A stretch of 64,000 nt of DNA from Myxococcota bacterium (GTDB taxonomy: Bacteria; Myxococcota; UBA727; VGSZ01), in the NCBI GenBank assembly GCA_044349155.1, contig JBIKRQ010000003.1, positions 668 to 64,667 on the forward strand. Reading direction: 5' to 3'. Of the stretch, positions 55,758-64,000 are shown in pieces. The first letter of the stretch is position 1. Every line of letters begins with the position of its first letter. The notes beneath the pieces were generated by a model. That model was not told the DNA's origin. It searched no databases and saw only the letters and a list, made by a program, of their open reading frames with translations. Position numbers and translations under genes: made by a program.

Positions 55758-55922
55758 GGCGCGAGCGGAGCGCAGCGGAAATCGTGCGCCCGCGAGGGCA
55801 AAGTACATCCCGGTTCGGCTTGATGAAGCTGAGGCACGAAGCAATTCGGGCGCTCCGCGCCCGAATAGTATTGATTATTCAAACACTTGGCGAAGCGCCA
55901 AGTGTTTGAAATCAAGCCGAAC
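55758..55922 (-). repeat. composite intergenic repeat, copy B (inverted): M1 at 55843-55908, M2 at 55779-55842
   Basis: Same modules as copy A, but read on the minus strand the order is M1 then M2 (copy A is M2 then M1). The flanks ggcttgattt and ccgctgcgcttcgctcgcgcc are shared. Confidence 0.85.
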
Positions 55923-55927
55923 TGGGA

Positions 55928-57964
55928 TCAGAGACGGAAGCGCTGCAGGTGGCCCTGCAACACGGCGGCACGGCCCTGCAGTTGGCCCACGGTGCCGTCG
56001 AGCTGGGCAGCCGCGTCTGTACCCTGGCGAGCCGCCTGCTGCATCGCCACGACCGCCACGAGGACCTGGCGGGCCTCTTTGGTCTGCTGCTGCTGCGCTT
56101 TGCGCACCGAGGTGGCGGTGGCCGTGATTTCGCCCAGGGCTTCGCGCACCGCGTCGGAGCGGCTGCGCTGCTCGAGGGTGGAGCTCTCGACGGCGTGGGC
56201 CGTCTTTTTCATCTGGTGGGCGATGCCCAGCAGGCGATCGTTGTTCGTCGTTTGCGCCACAGCGCTGCGCGAAATGCGCGTGATCGACTCGGCGATGCGC
56301 TTGAGCTCGCTGTTGAGTTCGGCCGTATCTCTGGCCTGAGCCGTGGTGAGCGTGGCGATGTCGGCAGCGGCCGTCACCGACGCGGTGGCCGACGAAGCGA
56401 TGCGCTGCAGGGCGGCGGCGGCTTCTTGACCGAGGCCAACGCCGACGTCGACCGCACTGATGCCGCGCTCCATGGCGACACGCGCGCGCTGCGATTGGCT
56501 TTGGATTTCCGCCAACAGCCCGCCGATTTCCGACGTCGACGACGTGGTGCGCTGGGCGAGCGCTTTGATCTCGGCACCGATGACCGCAAACGCCTGGCCC
56601 TGCTCGCCGGCCTGCGCCGAGATGATGGCGGCGTTGAGCGAAAACAGCGTGGTCTGGTCGGCCACTTCGCGAATGACGTCGACGATGCCGTCGATGCGCG
56701 AGATGCGCGCGTCGAGGTCGCGGATCAAACCGGCCGCCGTTTGCGACGCGTGTTGGATTTCACCAATGCCGCGCATCGTTTCTTCGATGGCCTTCACGCC
56801 CGACAAAGCGTTGGCCTGCGTTTCCTTCGCACTCGTCGACGTGCGCGCGGCGGTGAGATCGATCTGGCGCGTGCTGGCATCGAGTGCAGCAATCGAGCGC
56901 AGCATGCGGCTCATCGCGTCGTCCTGGGCCTTCACGACGGCGGCGGTCTCGTCGATCGAGCGCGCCATCTGCTCGACGGCAGCGGCGGTGTCAGACACCG
57001 ACGACACGAGGGCGACCACCTGGGTGGCCACTGTGCCGTTGCTCTCCTGCATGTCGCTCACGTAGCGGTTCGTGCGATCCACACACCCATCGAGCGTGGA
57101 CACCGCCGTCGACGCCACATCGAGGCTGCGCAACGTCGACGTGGCCGTGGCCGAGGTTTCATCAGCACGCGCCAACACCGTGCTCGCACCATCGACCACG
57201 CGCACCGCCGTCGTCGACAAATGCGCTGAAATCTGCGGCAAGCCGAGGGCGGTTTCGTGCACCTCGAGCAGCAGCGCGCGCAGCTTGCCCACCATCTCTC
57301 TAAAGCTCTTGGCCACGAGGCCGGCTTCGTCGCCGGTGTCGACGCTGACATCGACGCGCAGGTCGCCGCCGGCCACCAGGCGGGTGGTCACATCAGCGAG
57401 GTGCCGCAGCGGCCGCGCCAGACGCACACCCACCACCCAGCCCGCGAGCAAGCCGATGAGCACGATGATCAACGAGATGGTCATCAACGTCGCCGCACTC
57501 TTGTCGAGCCGCGACTGCAACGCGTCTTGCGAGAAGCCCAGATACAGGCGGCCACGCTGGGCCGGGTCCTTGGTGTCGACGTCGACGGCGACGTGCTGCA
57601 CGAGCCCGACCTGCGACGACGACGGCCCACGCGCGACGGTGTGCAACTTCGCCGGCTCGGCCGGTGCGGGCGTGCCCGGACGAACCCAGCGGCCCAGCTC
57701 GCGGTTGCGCGCGACGACGACGCCGTACATGACGTCGTCGACACTGCCGATGCCGCGCAGCAGCTCAGCGACCGCGGTTTCGTCGTCGAACTCCACGCCC
57801 GCCTGCACCGCGATGGCGAGTGCGGTGGCCACACCATTGGCGCGACGGTCGGCCTGGTCGGAGGCGAGCATGGTCATCTGCCGCGGCACGGCCACCATGA
57901 TCACCGCCACCATCAGGACGACGACGATCACGATGGTGAGGCTCAGCTTGGCGCCGAGCGACAC
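55928..57964 (-). CDS. methyl-accepting chemotaxis protein (periplasmic sensor, HAMP, MCP signalling domain)
   Basis: Two TM segments. HAMP (LARPLRHLADVTTRLVAGGDLRV). Highly conserved hairpin EVADQTTLFSLNAAIISAQAGEQGQAFAVIGAEIKALA. Confidence 0.88.
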   Translation of the reverse strand: MSLGAKLSLTIVIVVVLMVAVIMVAVPRQMTMLASDQADRRANGVATALAIAVQAGVEFDDETAVAELLRGIGSVDDVMYGVVVARNRELGRWVRPGTPAPAEPAKLHTVARGPSSSQVGLVQHVAVDVDTKDPAQRGRLYLGFSQDALQSRLDKSAATLMTISLIIVLIGLLAGWVVGVRLARPLRHLADVTTRLVAGGDLRVDVSVDTGDEAGLVAKSFREMVGKLRALLLEVHETALGLPQISAHLSTTAVRVVDGASTVLARADETSATATSTLRSLDVASTAVSTLDGCVDRTNRYVSDMQESNGTVATQVVALVSSVSDTAAAVEQMARSIDETAAVVKAQDDAMSRMLRSIAALDASTRQIDLTAARTSTSAKETQANALSGVKAIEETMRGIGEIQHASQTAAGLIRDLDARISRIDGIVDVIREVADQTTLFSLNAAIISAQAGEQGQAFAVIGAEIKALAQRTTSSTSEIGGLLAEIQSQSQRARVAMERGISAVDVGVGLGQEAAAALQRIASSATASVTAAADIATLTTAQARDTAELNSELKRIAESITRISRSAVAQTTNNDRLLGIAHQMKKTAHAVESSTLEQRSRSDAVREALGEITATATSVRKAQQQQTKEARQVLVAVVAMQQAARQGTDAAAQLDGTVGQLQGRAAVLQGHLQRFRL

Positions 57965-57987
57965 AAGCCGGGGAGACGACTTCGCGT

Positions 57988-59994
57988 TCAGAGGGCAAAC
58001 CGGTAGCGCGCCTTGAGCAGCACCTCGAAGGGCTCGGCCGGCAGCGGCGCGTGGTCGGCGTAGTAGGCCTGCGGCAACACGAACTTGTCGCCGAGGAGGT
58101 TGTACACACCGATGGAGGCATCGAGGCCATTCACGCCGATGTCGCGCATGGCGACCACACCGTTGACGAGGGCCGTGGGGGCCTGCGCCTCAAACACCGG
58201 TGCTCCCTCTTCGGTGATCGACACCTGGCCATAGCGCTCGCTGCGCAAAGCAAATGTCGACGTCACCGACAGCTTCTCGATCGGCGAGTACGTGACACTG
58301 CCCGACACCTTGTGCTGCGGGAACGCCAGGTTCATCGCCGGCTCACCTGGCACCTGGTAGATGTCGACTTCGTTCTTGCTCTCTGCGGAGTAAAACGCGT
58401 AGGCGAGGTTGACCTGTATATCTTTCAACTTCATCAACGCTTCAAGTTCCACACCACGGCTACCCGTCTTGGTGAAGTTCTTGAAAGTATCAACACCATT
58501 CACTTCGTCGTATTTATAGATGATAGGGTCGTTGATGGTGATGTCGAACAGATTTCCGGTCACATACAGGAAGTCGGTGACCTGCAGGCCGGCTTCTGCT
58601 TCCAGTGCGCGGGCGTGCTCGGGCTTCACGTCGGGCGACGCGACGATATTGTAGATCGACGGCGCTTTGAATGCGCCTGACACGAGAAATTTCACGTGCA
58701 TGCGGTCGAACACCTTCGTCAACGCCACGCGCGGAACGAAAGACCCACCGTACTCTGAGTGAAGTTCACCACGGGCGCCGGCGGTGAGGTTGAAGAAGCT
58801 GGTCTTCAGCAGCAACTGACCGAAAGCCGCACCGTTTTGGAAGGTGGGGCTGGCGCTTGAGGTGTCGATGTCGAGGGAGGTTAAGGTGGCCGCGACGTCG
58901 TCGAGCCCGTCTTGCACGTGGTCGATGAAGCCTTCGACACCACCGATGATGTTGACGTCGGCGGTGGGGTCCCACGACGTGGTGATACCCGCCTTGGCGC
59001 GGGTGGCGACCAGGTTGAGCTGGGTGGGCGGCTCGCTCGTGAGGTTGCGCCACGGGTTTTGCCGCTTGAGCTCGATGCGCGGCGTGATCGTGAGGTTCTC
59101 AAACGGCTTGAAGTTGTACTTCAGGTTCAAAAACCACGCGGGGAAGTCCATCGAGTGGGCGCGGTCGAGGATCGCCGAGTAGCCGTCGCGTTCGGTGGTT
59201 CGGTAGTAGTCAAAGACGAAGCGGCCTTCGAAGCCCTTGAAGCGGGCACCGAGGTTCACGAAGGTCGGGTCGAGGTTCGACGAATCCGCCATGTTGTACG
59301 ACTGGCCATTCACGTCGGTGAACGTGGCGTCGCTGCGGATGCCGCGGCCGGCGTAGACGTCGGCGGTGAGGTCGAGGCCGTCGAACAGCCCGCCGTTGAT
59401 CGCCTGACCGTAGCTGATGCCACCATTCACGCGCGACAACGTCGTGGTGGTGCTGCCGATGCTGCCGTAGGCCCCCACGCTGCGACGGGTGGCGCCGTTG
59501 GTGGTGATGACGTTGATCACCGCGAGTTCCGCCGCACCGCCGTAGATGACCGAGCCCGGACCGCGGATGATTTCAATCCGGTCGATGTCGTTCATCGGGA
59601 AGTGATGACCAAAGACGGTCGTGTAGTAGAGCGTCTCGTTCATCTCGACGCCGTCCCACAGCAACAGCACCTTGCCCTCGTGGGCCCAGTTGCCGCGAAA
59701 GCCGATGCCGACCCCGCCGCTGACGTCGGTGGCCATCTCGAAGCCGGGCACCAGATGCAGCACATCGGTGAGGTCGCGCACGCCCATGCGTTCGAGCTCG
59801 GCCTGTGTGAGGACCGTGAGCACACCGGGCGATTCGCGCAGGCGTGTGGCCTTCGTGGAGGCCACCGTGGTTGGGGTGTTCAGCAGCGCCTCGATGGGCA
59901 GCTGGTCAATGTCGGTGACGTCGACATCATCTTCAGCCTGCACAGCACCTGAGAGACTGCAGCAGGCCAGGAGGAGATATGGGCGGACCTTCAT
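57988..59994 (-). CDS. TonB-dependent outer membrane receptor
   Basis: Signal peptide. Plug domain motifs (ESPGVLTVLTQAELERMGVRDLTDVLHLVPG, IEIIRGPGSVIYGGAA) and a beta-barrel ending LLKARYRFAL. Confidence 0.85.
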   Translation of the reverse strand: MKVRPYLLLACCSLSGAVQAEDDVDVTDIDQLPIEALLNTPTTVASTKATRLRESPGVLTVLTQAELERMGVRDLTDVLHLVPGFEMATDVSGGVGIGFRGNWAHEGKVLLLWDGVEMNETLYYTTVFGHHFPMNDIDRIEIIRGPGSVIYGGAAELAVINVITTNGATRRSVGAYGSIGSTTTTLSRVNGGISYGQAINGGLFDGLDLTADVYAGRGIRSDATFTDVNGQSYNMADSSNLDPTFVNLGARFKGFEGRFVFDYYRTTERDGYSAILDRAHSMDFPAWFLNLKYNFKPFENLTITPRIELKRQNPWRNLTSEPPTQLNLVATRAKAGITTSWDPTADVNIIGGVEGFIDHVQDGLDDVAATLTSLDIDTSSASPTFQNGAAFGQLLLKTSFFNLTAGARGELHSEYGGSFVPRVALTKVFDRMHVKFLVSGAFKAPSIYNIVASPDVKPEHARALEAEAGLQVTDFLYVTGNLFDITINDPIIYKYDEVNGVDTFKNFTKTGSRGVELEALMKLKDIQVNLAYAFYSAESKNEVDIYQVPGEPAMNLAFPQHKVSGSVTYSPIEKLSVTSTFALRSERYGQVSITEEGAPVFEAQAPTALVNGVVAMRDIGVNGLDASIGVYNLLGDKFVLPQAYYADHAPLPAEPFEVLLKARYRFAL

Positions 59995-60569
59995 GGTGCT
60001 CCGGAAACTACAACGGCGACGCGCAGGAGGTTCGCGGCAAAACTGGCGCCCTCGCGCTCGGCAGCTGCCACGTTGACGAAGATCGTCGGTTTGTCGCCGA
60101 CAGCTTCTACACCAAGTGCAACCCCGGCTTCGACTGTGGCTCGCGATGCACCCATGGTGACCGCTTTTTGCTTCGCACAGGCCTGCAACACTTTCGTGAG
60201 TGTCTCGTCGGCGAGCCCCACCACGAACACCGCGTCGACCTTGCTGGCCGCGAACGCTGCTGCCAGCGCCTCAACCGTGGTGAGGGCGACACCCTGCACG
60301 CGCAACGGCAGGCCCGAGATTTTCAGGTCGCCCAGGGCCTTGAACCCCGCGATGTGCTTTTGGGCCGCAGCGGCACCCGCGGCGTCTTCGGCGCGCCAGA
60401 CGACGGCGATATCGACCGCTTCACCTGCACGCGTGGCGAGGTTGCGGTCGTAGGCCAACGCCCGGGCCAAAATGGCCGCTTGCCGGTCTGCTGGCACCTG
60501 GGCAGCAGCCGGCAGCGCGGTGACCACAGCCACCAGCACGAGCGTCAGGAAGGATCGAATGTGGCGCAA
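59991..60569 (-). CDS. YfiR/DUF4154-like periplasmic protein
   Basis: 192 aa with a signal peptide. AAILARALAYDRNL and KVDAVFVVGLADE patterns, and the typical position next to a TonB-dependent receptor. Family recalled, not verified. 4-nt overlap with the receptor gene. Confidence 0.55.
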   Translation of the reverse strand: MRHIRSFLTLVLVAVVTALPAAAQVPADRQAAILARALAYDRNLATRAGEAVDIAVVWRAEDAAGAAAAQKHIAGFKALGDLKISGLPLRVQGVALTTVEALAAAFAASKVDAVFVVGLADETLTKVLQACAKQKAVTMGASRATVEAGVALGVEAVGDKPTIFVNVAAAEREGASFAANLLRVAVVVSGAP

Positions 60570-60685
60570 CTCCCACTACCTTTGACGCCAAAAACCGGGT
60601 TTGCAACGTCGTCGTGAAATGCAGATGTGGTGTAACCACCCCATATTGTGGGGAATTTGACCATTCGGACGGTTGTACGCCACGG

Positions 60686-61399
60686 TCATACCTGCACCGA
60701 CGCGTGCAGACGCGGCCGCAGAAAGAACACGTGTTCGTCGACCTCTCTGACCCCTGCGGCAACGAAGCGCGGCCCCGGTGTGTCCGGACGGGTGGCCGCC
60801 AGCTCCACGACGAAATCGGCGCCGAAAACGCGCTCGACCTCGGCGGCATCGACCGACCACGGCGGGCCCGGCAGCTTGGACTGGTCATAAGCGAAGGTGA
60901 CCAACACCATGAGTCCGTTGTCGGCGAGCACGCGGCGGAGGGTGCGTGCGTAGTCGAGGCGGCGGTCGGGATCGATGGCGACGAGGGCGGCGCGATCCCA
61001 GATGGCGTCGACGCGGCCACCGAGTTCGGCGGTGCTCAGCGCAAAAGCGTCGCCCTGCACGATGCGCAAACCAGCCACCTCGTGCAGCACCACCTCGCCC
61101 ATGCGTGCCGACGTGGGCCGGCCTTCGAGGGCTGCTTCTTGTTCGGCGAAAAACGCCGCGACGGCTTCGCCGACAAACTCGCTGCCGACGACGTCGTGGC
61201 CGCGCTCGAAGAACCAGATGAGATCGAGGGTTTTGCCGCACAGCGGGATGTACACGCGCGGGCGGCCCGCGAAGGCGTCGGCGAACCGCACGAGCAGGTC
61301 GTGGGGGGCGGGTTGGTGAAACCCGATCTGGCCGGTGCGCCAGCGGTCGGCCCAGTCGTCGTGCTGCATGGTTTGCCTCGGATCGTTGCCTGCGGTCAC
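60686..61399 (-). CDS. tpm: thiopurine S-methyltransferase family protein
   Basis: WADRWRTGQIGFHQ, VYIPLCGKTLDLIWFFERGHDVVGSEF and WDRAALVAIDP motifs typical of TPMT. Confidence 0.8.
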   Translation of the reverse strand: MTAGNDPRQTMQHDDWADRWRTGQIGFHQPAPHDLLVRFADAFAGRPRVYIPLCGKTLDLIWFFERGHDVVGSEFVGEAVAAFFAEQEAALEGRPTSARMGEVVLHEVAGLRIVQGDAFALSTAELGGRVDAIWDRAALVAIDPDRRLDYARTLRRVLADNGLMVLVTFAYDQSKLPGPPWSVDAAEVERVFGADFVVELAATRPDTPGPRFVAAGVREVDEHVFFLRPRLHASVQV

Positions 61400-61453
61400 A
61401 GCTTCTCAGGCGCCGTCGTACACCTCGTGCACCGCTTCTGCACAGCGGCGCGT

Positions 61454-61518
61454 GATTCGGACGCTCCGCGCCCGAATCGTGTTGATTTTTTCAAACGCTG
61501 GCGAAGCGCCAAGCGTTT
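61454..61518 (-). repeat. diverged solo copy C of the 66-nt double-hairpin mini-element M1
   Basis: caaacgctggcg-aag-cgccaagcgtttg and attcggacgc-tcc-gcgcccgaat hairpins. The stem positions that differ from copies A and B change on both arms. Confidence 0.75.
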
Positions 61519-61549
61519 GAATCCACTTCTGCAGTGCCCGAGGTGTTTG

Positions 61550-62149
61550 ATGTTGAAAGCCGCCCGCGTCTCTTTGTCTGCGCTTGTCCTCGCCACGGTG
61601 GCGGTGTTTTCCCCGTCGGCAGCAGCGGCAACGTGGGACATCGACAGCACCCACTCGACGGTGGGCTTTGTGGTCAAGCACCTCGTGATCGCCAAGGTGC
61701 GCGGTCAGTTCAAGGCGTTTTCGGGCACGCTGCTGCTCGACGACAAAGACATCACGAAGTCGACCGTGACCGTGGCCATCGACCCTGGCAGCGTCGACAC
61801 CGACAACGAGACCCGCGACAAGCACCTCAAGAGTGCGGACTTCTTCGACGTCGCCACCTTCAAGGAGATGAAGTTTGTCTCGACGAAAGTGGAGAAGGCG
61901 GGCGATGGCTTGAAGGTCACCGGCAACTTCACGCTGCACGGCGTGACGAAGCCGGTCGTGCTCGAGGTCGAAGGCCCCAGCGTCGAGGTGAAAGACCCTG
62001 GCGGCAACGCGCACGTCGCGTTTTCGGCCCACACCACCATCAAGCGCGCCGATTTCGGCCTGACCTGGAACAAGGCCATCGAAGGCGGCAGCGTCGTGGG
62101 TGACGACGTGAAGATCGAACTCGAACTTGAGCTGAAGAACAAGCGCTGA
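61550..62149 (+). CDS. YceI-family periplasmic polyisoprenoid-binding-like protein
   Basis: ATG at 61550 (MLKAARVSLSALVLATVAVFS). WDIDSTHSTVGFVVKHLVIAKVRGQF and TLHGVTKPV motifs. Confidence 0.85.
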   Translation: MLKAARVSLSALVLATVAVFSPSAAAATWDIDSTHSTVGFVVKHLVIAKVRGQFKAFSGTLLLDDKDITKSTVTVAIDPGSVDTDNETRDKHLKSADFFDVATFKEMKFVSTKVEKAGDGLKVTGNFTLHGVTKPVVLEVEGPSVEVKDPGGNAHVAFSAHTTIKRADFGLTWNKAIEGGSVVGDDVKIELELELKNKR

Positions 62150-62155
62150 AGACCG

Positions 62156-63883
62156 TCAGGGCCACTTCGGCGCGGTTGCATCGACGGATTCCCGCAGGGC
62201 AACGTCGATCGCCGAGCTCATGACGTTGTCGAAGTGGTCACCCGGGCGCAGGTCTTTGACGTGCGAAAAGGCGACGAGCACGTTCGACCAGTCGCCGACC
62301 TGCGCGCACGCTTCCATGGTGGCCAACGCGACGGACGCACGCGCACTGGCCGACGCCAGCTTCAGGCACTTGACCGCGACGTCAACTCGACCGAGGGCGC
62401 CGGCATCTTTCACGAAGTCGCGACACGCGGTGTCTCGCTTCCTGGCGGGCAGCGCGCCGAGCTCGGTGAGTGCTCGTTCCAACCGCTCGTCGACGTAAAC
62501 ACGCTCGCCCAGGGCGACGAGGCGCGGATGCTCCCAGGCACAGTTCCACGCCGGTTCGTTCTCGCAGCGTGCCTTCAGCACCTCGATGGCGAGGTCGCGG
62601 TTGTTCGTCATCTCTGCGATGTCGAGGAGCCTCACGTCGTGGTCGGCGCGCAGTGCTTCGATCTCCGATTGGGCTTCCGCGTCGCGACCAAGCGCGACGA
62701 GCTCCTCCGCTGAGCGCTTCGTGTGCCTCGTGGCCCACGCTGCAGCGTCGATGGGGGCGTGGGCACGCAGGATGCGAAGGAGAAACCACCCAGCCTGGTC
62801 ACGTGCCTCCTCCCTCTCGAGGAGGCGCTGCGCGAACGATGCGGCCAACGAGGCGTTCGCACGCTCCACCGCCGTCAGCGCGATCTGCAGATGCGCGGTG
62901 TTGTCGAGCAGCTCGTTGTGATCGAGCACGAGCTCGAGGTAGCGCTCCGGTTGCCCGAGCCGCACAAGCTCGCGCAACACCTCGCGCGATACGTCGTCGC
63001 CGTCCTCGGGATTGGCTTCGCCCCACGCACGAAGGAACTCGTCGAGTGCGGTGCTTTCCTCGTCGCGGACCAACGGCGAAATCGCGCGCCGGAGCGGCTG
63101 TGCCAGACGGAAGCTCAGCGTCGGCAGGAGTTCGTCCACGAGCGCCTTGTGCCCACCGAGCGCGGCCATGCTGAAGAGCGGATCGTCGGTGTACCCATAC
63201 GTCGTGAAGTAGGCGCGCACGCGGTCCTGCAGAGCAGCCTCTGCCTTGTGCGGCGCCAGACGCCACCACGCCGGCAGAAGCCCACAGAGCGCGTTGATGT
63301 GCCCAAACGACGACTCCTCTGGCGGGAAGGCGGCCTCAGCGCGCGCCAGAAAGCCCATCGCGGATGGGCGATTTCCGTCGAGGACGCGGGCAACCGCGAG
63401 GCGGCCGGCGACGTGGGACTGCCAGCCTTCCTCTGCAGGAAAGTGCTCGAGCCACGACAAGAGTTCGTCGTCTTGCGTCTCGTGCGACCAGATCACGAGC
63501 GCATCAACGATGCGTTCGTCGCGGAGATTCGTCGTGGGCAGCGACTCGAACGCGAGGCGACGGACATCGGCGAAGGTCGTGGCGTCGATGGTGGCCTCGA
63601 CGGCAGCAGCCTTGGCCTTCTTCGTCGTCGAGGGCGGCGCTGCCTTTTCCGCGGCGGGGCTGGGCGCTGCAGCCTGCTCGACGTACCCCTTCCCGGTCTT
63701 TTCCCGCACGAGCTTGTCGTAGAGCTTCTGCGCCTTGTCAGGGTCCCCTTCGTCTTTCGTCGTGGCCTTGCCAGCTGTGCCCAGCTTGCCGTAGCGCGTG
63801 GTCACGCTGGTGCCCTCGAGGGCAACCTCCCAGAACTTGCTCGAGGACCCGTCGACGAGTTCGAAGTGTCGTGCTGCAGACAT
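62156..63883 (-). CDS. second WGR-domain protein with a ~480-aa helical C-terminal region
   Basis: ATG at 63883. MSAARHFELVDGSSSKFWEVALEGTSVTTRYGKLGTAGKATTK...KTGKGYVE is a WGR domain. Confidence 0.82.
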   Translation of the reverse strand: MSAARHFELVDGSSSKFWEVALEGTSVTTRYGKLGTAGKATTKDEGDPDKAQKLYDKLVREKTGKGYVEQAAAPSPAAEKAAPPSTTKKAKAAAVEATIDATTFADVRRLAFESLPTTNLRDERIVDALVIWSHETQDDELLSWLEHFPAEEGWQSHVAGRLAVARVLDGNRPSAMGFLARAEAAFPPEESSFGHINALCGLLPAWWRLAPHKAEAALQDRVRAYFTTYGYTDDPLFSMAALGGHKALVDELLPTLSFRLAQPLRRAISPLVRDEESTALDEFLRAWGEANPEDGDDVSREVLRELVRLGQPERYLELVLDHNELLDNTAHLQIALTAVERANASLAASFAQRLLEREEARDQAGWFLLRILRAHAPIDAAAWATRHTKRSAEELVALGRDAEAQSEIEALRADHDVRLLDIAEMTNNRDLAIEVLKARCENEPAWNCAWEHPRLVALGERVYVDERLERALTELGALPARKRDTACRDFVKDAGALGRVDVAVKCLKLASASARASVALATMEACAQVGDWSNVLVAFSHVKDLRPGDHFDNVMSSAIDVALRESVDATAPKWP

Positions 63884-64000
63884 GTGCGCGCCTTCCGTTC
63901 GGGAGGAAAGGGACGCCGCCGTTGTAGGACTTTGCTGACGCGTGGAACAGGAGCGCGACCGCGGACGGCCCAACGGCAGCGCAGTGTGTCACCAGCCGCA

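Noticed and set aside
1-64000. Prophage, integrative element, transposase, tRNA or rRNA genes.
   Set aside because: No integrase, transposase, capsid or terminase-like ORFs were seen. No tRNA-like cloverleaf or rRNA-like conserved stretches were noticed in any intergenic region by eye. A tRNAscan or Infernal run would be needed to be certain.

Overview
A 64-kb, roughly 70% GC chromosomal segment. MYXO-CTERM-like tails, myxobacterial Cys-rich repeats, a CarD/CdnL-IspD pair and a retron RT with a long N-terminal extension suggest Myxococcota, but this is inference only. I support about 45 protein genes, mostly on the minus strand:
- **Flagellar genes:** a fliLMNOPQR export/switch operon (4.8-9.3 kb) and a flgM-flgN-flgK-flgL block (34.5-37.8 kb).
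- **Housekeeping:** cdnL, ispD, RNase H-like, fdhD, a thioesterase, TPMT and YceI.
- **Efflux:** a MarR-EmrA-EmrB efflux operon whose outer-membrane factor is frameshifted, plus a second TolC-like gene.
- **Signalling:** a YfiR-like / TonB-dependent receptor / MCP operon.

Two loci stand out.
1. **39.5-53.6 kb:** a retron sits directly downstream of, and co-oriented with, a WGR / helical-repeat / 2197-aa WD40+HEAT / SWIM zinc-finger operon. The retron has a YADD reverse transcriptase and a 384-nt msr/msd-like RNA locus. That locus is bracketed by a 19/20-nt inverted repeat and contains a perfect 29-bp hairpin.
2. **21.5-27.9 kb:** a translationally coupled five-gene operon (every junction is an ATGA overlap). 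It encodes a small acidic protein, a Rad50/SbcC-like ATPase with a central CxxC hook, an unknown 191-aa protein, a MoxR-type AAA+ ATPase and an 857-aa vWA protein.

Together these two loci carry the domain set I recall from the uncharacterised E. coli molR/yeh cluster (WGR, MoxR, vWA, SWIM), here split in two and augmented with a retron and an SMC-like ATPase. I treat them as candidate conflict/defence systems; that is inference and is not demonstrated.

Other notable points:
- A 66-nt double-hairpin mini-element occurs three times. Two copies sit at different positions within the same host repeat.
- A conserved ~70-nt intergenic core is preceded by A-free microsatellites.
- A ~0.7-kb AT-rich islet lies next to fliR.
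- Two genes have apparent frameshifts.

I found no rRNA, tRNA, CRISPR array, transposase or integrase. All family assignments come from reading motifs by eye and need profile searches to confirm.
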